Origin: Trichoplax adhaerens
Taxonomy: Eukaryota > Animalia > Placozoa
Direction of reading: 5' to 3'
Length of the DNA stretch: 5,740 nt
Assembly (NCBI RefSeq): GCF_000150275.1
Contig: NW_002061341.1
Location: forward strand, 1 to 5,740
Position 1 is the stretch's first letter. Every line of letters starts with the position of its first letter. Positions 1 to 5,740 of the stretch are shown here, in pieces. A model generated the notes under the pieces. That model worked only from the letters and a program-made list of their open reading frames with translations, ran no database searches and was not told where the DNA came from. The translations under genes and the position numbers were made by a program.

Positions 1-244
1 TTTATGATGAAAATATTTACTACACTTGACAGATTGTTATGCAATTATTTTACATGTGTACAGGTATATTAAGCTTATTAAATCTTATTAAGGAAGGATG
101 TCATCGAGTTATAGCTTTGTATGATAAGTGATCAACATTCTCGCTATTAAAGAGAGTAAAATATAAGGTATCATCAATTTACATAGTCTGACACAATCTT
201 AATTACGTTGTATTACTTACATGATAATAATTAGATTCAGCTTC

Positions 245-372
245 AATTGGAATAAACTGGTGAAAAGCACCATTAATTTCAATTTTCTTCATGCATTACA
301 TTTCCATAACTAAAAATTATTTAACTATAATTATAAATCGCGGTTAGTAACGAGAAAAATTAAACTGGCTTG
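245..372 (+). pseudogene. Ty1/copia pol relic A, segment 1 (RT N-terminal region)
   Basis: 332-367 translates YKSRLVTRKIKL, matching copia RT YKARLVA(K/R)GFxQ. In the same frame upstream, WNKLV (248-262) resembles the W.LV motif. In-frame stop at 311-313. Confidence 0.7.
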
Positions 373-1001
373 TGTTACAAAACAGCTTAGCAACAAAATA
401 ACGTAATGTACGATCAATAAGTCAATTCCTTGAACCACGTTTCAAGGAACGATATCTACACAATCAGGAACACTTTTGCTCTACTAGCAGACTACACAAA
501 GACGTACACGCCTCGTATTTTACGTTAAACGCTAAGTTTAAGAATTAACTTTATTACACGATATACTGCATTTATATACTCTCCCTCAATAGTTCATGAG
601 CCATAGTTAGTACGATTAACTTTGGAATCATTCACTGAATTCGATATTAATTTTAGCTACTGTTCCCTTATGCAGACAACAGTATTTACGAATATAGACA
701 TCTGATGACTAATACGGAATAGTCAGATTACGATATGTCCTATCGCGAGACATTTCCACTATAGTTTACAATCTACCATAAGTAAATTACAATCACAACG
801 ATTCGAACTGTAAGTAGATAATTCGCATTCCCTAATATAACTATTAATTTTAGTATATGTATATATGTCACTGTCATAAAAAGCCAGTGCTACATTAAAG
901 CACAGTATATCCAAATAAGAAGTTAGCTAAATAAGGATAGGCTAACAAAATTATCCTAACATAGATATTTCTACTCTAAGATAGTGTATAACACTGTCAC
1001 A
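373..1001 (-). mobile_element. Solo LTR, copy 1 (629 bp) of an LTR-retrotransposon family
   Basis: Begins TGTTACA (373) and ends TGTCACA (1001), the canonical TG...CA LTR termini. Aligns end-to-end with 2693-3322 (~67 substitutions and 1 indel by manual count), and homology stops exactly at these termini. Flanked by GCTTG (368-372) and ACTTG (1002-1006), a 5-bp TSD with one transition. No adjacent PBS or PPT seen. Strand is inferred only from a minus-strand TATATAAAT (570-578) followed by AATAAA (550-555). Confidence 0.88.
550..578 (-). promoter_or_regulatory. Candidate LTR TATA box and poly(A) signal (also at 2870-2898 in copy 2)
   Basis: Minus-strand TATATAAAT (578-570) and AATAAA (555-550) are both retained in the two LTR copies, although bases on either side of the AATAAA differ. 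Such motifs are common in AT-rich DNA and the spacing is short. Confidence 0.35.
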
Positions 1002-1006
1002 ACTTG

Positions 1007-1074
1007 TGATAAAGGGTTGATTCTCGTCTAAAACTATTTCACCAAAACACAAATATCAACAAACGATTCGAATT
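1007..1074 (+). pseudogene. Ty1/copia pol relic A, segment 2
   Basis: Right after the LTR1 TSD: frameshifted G-VD (~1014-1021), then KTISPKHKYQQTIRI (1030-1074), resembling GxDYxETFSPVxxxxTIRx. This is the motif expected directly after YKARLVA.GF.Q. The match is short and degenerate. Confidence 0.5.
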
Positions 1075-1490
1075 TAGAGGCCATACCTTTATTACGAATT
1101 CAATTATAGTAATGGTAGTAGTTCTATAAGCAGTATAACAATCTAGAGGCTTCTTTCGTAAAGGAGTACGAGAGAGTTAGAATAGATTCCATGCAAGTTT
1201 AGTAGAAGTTTGTAGAAGTCTAGTCTAGTCTAGTCTCGTTCGTGGCTTTCATTTATATAACACTCAAGGTTGATCAATCATTACAATAACAAAAACAATA
1301 TCTGTACGACATCAAGCTTAATCTTACATAACATAGAGATCATAGCTAGACATTATCAATACGATTCCCACAGCATAATAGAATGTTATTAACATACCAC
1401 ATCCATATATATTGCTATCTGCAACACATTAGCTGATTACTATTGCATACATTGAGGTGTTATTGCTATCTTAAGAATATTAAATGATCA
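1075..1490. mobile_element. Probable third insertion (~415 bp, possibly a decayed solo LTR of another family)
   Basis: Separates TIRI (1063-1074) from LLTIAT (1493-1510), which are adjacent in copia RT. Flanked by AATT (1071-1074 and 1491-1494). Ends in CA (1489-1490) but starts TA, not TG. Contains minus-strand TTATATAAAT (1251-1260) and AATAAA (1088-1093) and a short tandem array. No second copy in the window, so the boundaries are uncertain. Confidence 0.4.
1195..1236. repeat. Short tandem array: AAGTTTAGTAG / AAGTTTGTAG grading into (AGTCT)x4
   Basis: Read directly: 1195-1205, 1206-1215, then four perfect AGTCT units at 1217-1236. Confidence 0.85.
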
Positions 1491-2692
1491 AATTACTAAC
1501 TATAGCAACTTTATACATCTATAGTATTGTCACAAACTTAACTTGCGAACTGGTACCCTAAATAATAGATTACTTTTTTCTATCTCCACTGCAACTGGAG
1601 ATCTACTTTGTGGTAGTCCTATACTACTTACAGTCATATTACCATTAGCTACATAACGAAATCTATTTAATTAATTAATTAACATGCACGGTGCTTTGCT
1701 CCTAAACAAATATATACTTGGGACGCATGCACATCTTCATTTACAGCAAGCGAGCCCTACGATAACATCTTTCAAAGTAAAATAAGTCTACTCCGCTACT
1801 ACACCACTCTACTGCCAGACCTGTCGTACCCAATATCTGCCTACAGCACTACTTTGAATGCCAAGATCTTGCAGTGCCAGATAAATTTTTATCAATATAT
1901 TCCTAAATATGTACAGTAATCATGTTATTACTTTTTCGAAACCCTTCTACTTTGTAACGTAGAAGATTCGCTAGAAATCTCCGGACGAGTCCAGCTAGAG
2001 TAATGAACTAGATTTTATCGCTGTTATTATATCGCCGTCATACAGTTGAGCAAAACTAACAGTAAATTAAAATACTAATCGATGCAATGACAGTCGTGAT
2101 GAGATAACGGTCGACGATTCATAATAATTGATAACCTATGAGAAAAATATATATGGACTACGATTTTATTTATTGCCTCTTCTGTAAACATACATACCCA
2201 AATTTTATGCTTAATTGGATATGGTAATACAGTCAAATAGGCTGGATTAAAGCTACAATGAGTTTCTAGTAGGAAAAATTTATTAAGATAAGTAACTAGA
2301 ATCTTCGTATTATATGTAAATCTATGCTATGGCCGTAGGATATGACCGATCACAAAATTACCAAATTTGTTAAAAATTAGAACGTTACTAGATCGTCATA
2401 CAAAGATAACCTACACACAGCTCTACTCTAGCTGAACACAACTACCAGAAAGAGTTTTAGAAAGAATTACTAAGATAACTTAAAATTGTCTGCTTGTATA
2501 ATTTCCGTAGCACTTGCAGCTTCTATCAACATAGCATAGCAACATTCTACCTAATTTTATTTTCAGGTCATTCTTAATAACATTTTATTGCGGACAATCT
2601 ATAACCCAGTATAGTAACAGCCACATTATTTACGTTGACATTTATTTCCACCAGCCAAAGTACGATGAACTAACCGTATCTTAATATATGAA
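1491..2692 (+). pseudogene. Ty1/copia pol relic A, segment 3 (RT core to RNase H)
   Basis: Degenerate motifs in canonical copia order, across frameshifts: LLTIAT (1493-1510; LLAIAA); HKLNLRTGTLNNRL (1531-1572; HQxDVKTAFLNGxL); LYYLQSYYH* (1619-1648; LYGLKQSxRxW); DAC (1722-1730; DPC); LQHYFECQDLAVPDKFLSI (1841-1897; LxxxFxMKDLGxxxxFLGI); ITFSKPFY (1927-1950; IxLSQxxY); YVNLCYG (2313-2333) plus DMTDHKIT (2339-2362; YxDAxY..DxxDRKST); QR*PTHSSTLAEHNYQKEF*KELL (2401-2472; QxxVAxSSTEAEY-x7-KE); FYC-DN (~2583-2598); YVDIYFH (2631-2651; HIDIxYH). The catalytic YVDD is not confidently recognisable. Confidence 0.8.
1667..1682. repeat. (TTAA)x4 microsatellite
   Basis: TTAATTAATTAATTAA read directly. 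Confidence 0.85.
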
Positions 2693-3322
2693 TGTCACAA
2701 AACAGTTTTGCAACAAGATAACGCAATATACGATCAATAAGTCAATTCCTTGAACCACGTATCAAGGAACGATATCTGCACTATCACAAACACTTTTGCT
2801 CTACTAGCAGACTACACAAAGACTTAAACGCCTCGTATTTTACGTTAAATACTAAGTTGGAGAATTCTCTTTATTTCTCGATATACTGCATTTATATACT
2901 ACTCCTCAATAGTTCATGAGTCATAGTTAATACAATTAACATTAGAATCATTTACTGAATTAGATATTAATTTTAGCTACTGCTCCCTTAATGCAGACAA
3001 CAGTATTTACCAACATAGACATATAATGACTAATACAGAATAGTCAGATTACGATATGTCCTATCACGGAACATTTCCATGATAATTTACCATCTACCAT
3101 AAGTAAATTACAATCACAATGATTGGAACTGTACGTAGATAATTTGCATTCCCTATTATAACTATTAATTTCAGTATGTGTATAAGTGTCACTGTCATAA
3201 AAAGTCAGTGCTATATTAAAACACAGTATATCCAAATTAGAAGTTAACTAAATAAGGATAGTCTAACAGAATTATCCTAACATAGTTATTTCTACTGTAA
3301 TACAGTATTTAACACTGTAACA
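2693..3322 (-). mobile_element. Solo LTR, copy 2 (630 bp), same family and orientation as 373-1001
   Basis: Begins TGTCACA (2693) and ends TGTAACA (3322). Perfect 5-bp TSD ATGAA (2688-2692 and 3323-3327). The boundaries are independently confirmed by an empty-site copy with a single ATGAA at 3585-3589. Strand inferred as for copy 1. Confidence 0.93.
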
Positions 3323-3327
3323 ATGAA

Positions 3328-3400
3328 TTACGCGTCTATTTTTACGTCTAGTAACTAATAATGTGACTCAACATATTACCATATATAGTCATCTATACCC
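3328..3400 (+). pseudogene. Ty1/copia pol relic A, segment 4 (RNase H C-terminal end)
   Basis: Contiguous with 2692 once LTR2 is removed, as shown by the empty-site copy. SIFTSSN (3335-3355), plus GLNILP in the duplicate copy, weakly resembles YIPTxxNxADGLTKxLP. Right boundary is approximate. Confidence 0.45.
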
Positions 3401-3455
3401 TAGTATAGAATCTTTAATTAAACTCTACGGCTACAAGCCACTAAATATGCCTTAT

Positions 3456-3505
3456 NNNNNNNNNNNNNNNNNNNNNNNNNNNNNNNNNNNNNNNNNNNNN
3501 NNNNN
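3456..3505. other. Assembly gap (50 N)
   Basis: Run of 50 N. The round length suggests a placeholder scaffold gap. Confidence 0.98.
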
Positions 3506-3506
3506 A

Positions 3507-3717
3507 TATAGTAACAGCCACATTATTTACGTTGACATTTATTTCCACCAGCCAAAGTACGATGAACTAACCATATCTTAATACATGAATTATACATCTA
3601 TTTTTACGTCTAGTAACTAATAATAGGACTCAACATATTACCATATATAGTCATCTATACCCTAGTATAGAATCTTTAATTAAACTCTACGGCTACAAGC
3701 TACTAAATATGCCTTAT
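3507..3717 (+). repeat. Duplicate of the LTR2 flanks without the LTR (empty site)
   Basis: 3507-3589 matches 2610-2692 (2 differences) and 3590-3717 matches 3328-3455 (6 differences), joined through a single ATGAA (3585-3589). About 96% identity over 211 bp. Confidence 0.95.
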
Positions 3718-4072
3718 GATAAATACAGGAAGCTACGCTAACCTGCATTATAATAAGCGTGACTAAAGATTAATCTATTATCCAATAATAAGTTACGTTA
3801 CTGGCTGCTATGTAAAAGTTAGGGTACTCAACAGTAACGATTTACACGCGTATTACGTCGTTAATTTTGTCATCGGTATTATTAAGAATAACTAATTAAA
3901 TAACAAATACTCTACTAATTATGAGAATATTGCATTCTGTATTCACTCTTAATATATTCAATTGTGTTTGGTTTATACTATCGCATCCTACGTGCATTTA
4001 ATAATGTTAATGTTGTAGAGTAAGGGATAAATTATTTCATGAAATATGTTATTAGCTCCGTTAAATTCAACA

Positions 4073-4421
4073 AAAATCATGGCTAACATAAACAGTTGCA
4101 ATCATAGCAAATGTGCGTTAAATTCCGATATCAGATTCATCAGAGGTTCGTATGAAGTCTTATTAGTGAATTCAATTGAAAATGAAAATGATTTAATTTC
4201 TGATTACATCATTAAATAACGTGTGATCTTAGTATGTAAGCCTAATTCATGTAATTTATGGGCCTCCTCCAAATCTCTCCGTATCAATCAATCCAACGAT
4301 GATTGCCGTAAGAGCTGTTATATCTATATTAGATAAATAGACATGAATATTATAGCGTTCTGTCGATTCAGTACCTCATAATTAGTAAGTAAAATAAGAA
4401 GCAGTATTGCTCTTTGTCAAA
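4073..4421 (-). pseudogene. Ty1/copia pol relic C (RT core)
   Basis: Minus-strand, ordered motifs: FD...TA-FL (4421-4395; QFDVxTAFL); IFM (~4351-4343; IYM); AL-RQSSLD* (4315-4288; ALYGLKQSSRxW with a small deletion); KLHELGL (4257-4237; LxxLGF); VYVSHDF (4093-4073; VYVDD). More degenerate than relics A and B. True extent may be ~3820-4560. Confidence 0.55.
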
Positions 4422-4827
4422 ACACTTCAATAAAAACTTTTCACTTTTTGATATAGTCCTAGTCTTAAATAGTCTGCAAATACTGTAATCTAAATTAATA
4501 TTTGCCAATCGCTATTGTTAATTTATTAATTTGCAGTAGCAATGCTTTCTTTTTATACAGGAAAATGCTGTATTTTACTTTTACTGTATGCCGACAGCAA
4601 GTCAAACTTGCTGAAACATTTTACGATTTCACATGATTATCCCGCAAACAAGTTTACACTACATTAGGTCTAGATATAGATCCAAAATTTAGTAGTGTAT
4701 TGAAGTATTTATTGCTGTAAAGAAAAATTGTTTAGCAGTCATGTATTGTATAGAACAGTTTGAGTGCGTAATTTGACGATAATGTATACGATTCGAGTTA
4801 TTATCACCACTCTATCTGTTGCATAAT

Positions 4828-5740
4828 TAATGACTTTAAAATATATCAGCTTTTCGATCTGAAAGAATTTCTATTGATACTATCTTTACAATAGTTACTG
4901 AAATTTAGTTGCTTTCCTGTGATAGTGATGTTATTAATATTTTAGAATTCTTATAAACTTATTCTAGATCAGTATGTAATATAGCAGTGATTTGCGCAAC
5001 GATATAGCTAGAATTAAACTGCAATTCTATCGCCATATAATGTCGGATTTGGCATGTTAAAGGATCGAAATATAATTTAAATTCTTAATTTCAAGTTAAG
5101 CTACCGTGCATTCGAAACTGTTTTTGCCGCAATTCGGAAATGATTTGTAGCGACCGTAGTTTGAGTACGGTTTCCAAGAAAGTTATATGGCCGTATCATT
5201 CAATGTAAATACATATTTCATCAACTGGAATTTTGCTTAGGATTTTACATTTCATCTCCATAATTTTTTTACTTACAGTATTATAAAATATTTGAACTAA
5301 AATTACAATTTATTATAGTAATATTATCTCAAATGTATTGATTGAATTTCGCAATTTTTGCTGGTTATAATGGTAATCACGATTAATAGTATCTTTATAC
5401 GCAACTTCCTGAGAGAATTCCCTGTCGACACATCTATTAATCAACCTTGGATATTCTACATGTAATTGAACAAATTATCTTAACATTTAATTTTATGAGC
5501 AATGTTGCTGGGGCAAAATTAGTTTACATGTTAAAGTAGTTTAATGACTAAGAATGGAAATCCAGTAATTTAGGTTTCATAAATACAATAACTTGTTTTT
5601 AACTTGAATAATTCTTAATAATGATTTGCTGCTTATTTGTATTCTTACAGCGACTTGTATTACAACAATATCAGAGGAGAGAAATTATCATCTGAAGTAT
5701 TGAAAAATTTACCCAACTTGTGGGCCCTGTATGTCTGATA
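4828..5740 (-). pseudogene. Ty1/copia pol relic B (RT C-terminal half and RNase H), probably running off the right edge
   Basis: Minus-strand motifs in canonical order: FMK-LNYWISILS (5583-5547; FxMKDLGxxxxILG); KLILPQQHC (5525-5499; LxLSQxxY); VAYKDTINR (5405-5379; VPYxEAIGS); NYGDE (5265-5251); YVFTLNDTAI*LSWKP (5215-5168; YVFxLxGxAISWKS); QTTVAT (5163-5146); NAR*L (5112-5098; EAxWL); PTLYGDR (5046-5026; PxxLYxDN); HTDL (4976-4965; HIDL); ADIF-KSL (4850-4828; ADIFTKxL). Many stops and frameshifts. Confidence 0.82.

Noticed and set aside
1-244. Possible upstream continuation of relic A
   Set aside because: No motif I can recognise with confidence in the frames examined, so left unannotated.
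1195-1236. CRISPR-like or telomeric array
   Set aside because: Units are 5-11 bp with no spacers and only a few copies, so this is a simple slippage repeat.
1005-1534. Alternative solo LTR TGTGATA...TGTCACA flanked by AACT, with near-palindrome 995-1011
   Set aside because: It would overlap LTR1's TSD and swallow RT-like motifs at 1030-1074 and 1493-1533 that fit relic A. Not fully excluded without other genomic copies.
1551-1560. TGGTACCCTA as a primer-binding site
   Set aside because: Not adjacent to a supported LTR end, lies inside an RT motif, and I recognise no tRNA complement beyond TGG.
3044-3235. Supplied 63-aa minus-strand ORF
   Set aside because: Lies wholly inside LTR2, starts at TTG and has no recognisable motif. 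The homologous frame in LTR1 has a TAG stop (plus-strand CTA at 759-761).
373-3322. Single intact or non-autonomous LTR element (TRIM/LARD-like)
   Set aside because: Outer flanks differ, each LTR has its own TSD, no PBS or PPT is present, and pol motifs extend beyond both LTRs.
3363-3581. Supplied 72-aa plus-strand ORF
   Set aside because: GTG start and open only because it reads through 50 N. Its YVDIYFH tail is the duplicated, decayed copia RNase H motif.
4595-4613. Hairpin CAGCAAGT-caa-ACTTGCTG as a terminator
   Set aside because: No upstream gene, no U-tract and a eukaryotic repeat context. A single 8-bp stem is plausible by chance.
1-5740. A novel multi-gene or RNA-based system
   Set aside because: No intact ORF, RNA gene or regularly spaced array was found. 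Most structure is explained by nested, decayed LTR retrotransposons and an assembly gap.

Overview
AT-rich window with no intact gene. It reads as a eukaryotic 'retrotransposon graveyard'. (i) A heavily decayed Ty1/copia pol relic (RT to RNase H) lies on the + strand at ~245-3400. It is recognisable only as an ordered series of degenerate motifs across frameshifts and stops. (ii) Two ~630-bp solo LTRs of one family (373-1001 and 2693-3322; TGT...ACA ends; ~89% identical by my manual count) are inserted independently into that relic, each with its own 5-bp target-site duplication. A probable third, unrelated ~415-bp insertion lies at ~1075-1490. (iii) Beyond a 50-N gap (3456-3505) is a ~96% identical copy of the second LTR's flanks without the LTR, i.e. 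the empty pre-insertion site. (iv) Two further decayed copia pol relics lie on the - strand (~4828-5740 RT to RNase H; ~4073-4421 RT core). Both supplied ORFs appear spurious. I see no support for a new biological system. The most interesting signals are the filled/empty site pair, the nested insertion history and the false 'full-length element' geometry. All alignments, counts and motif matches were done by eye, and no database was searched.
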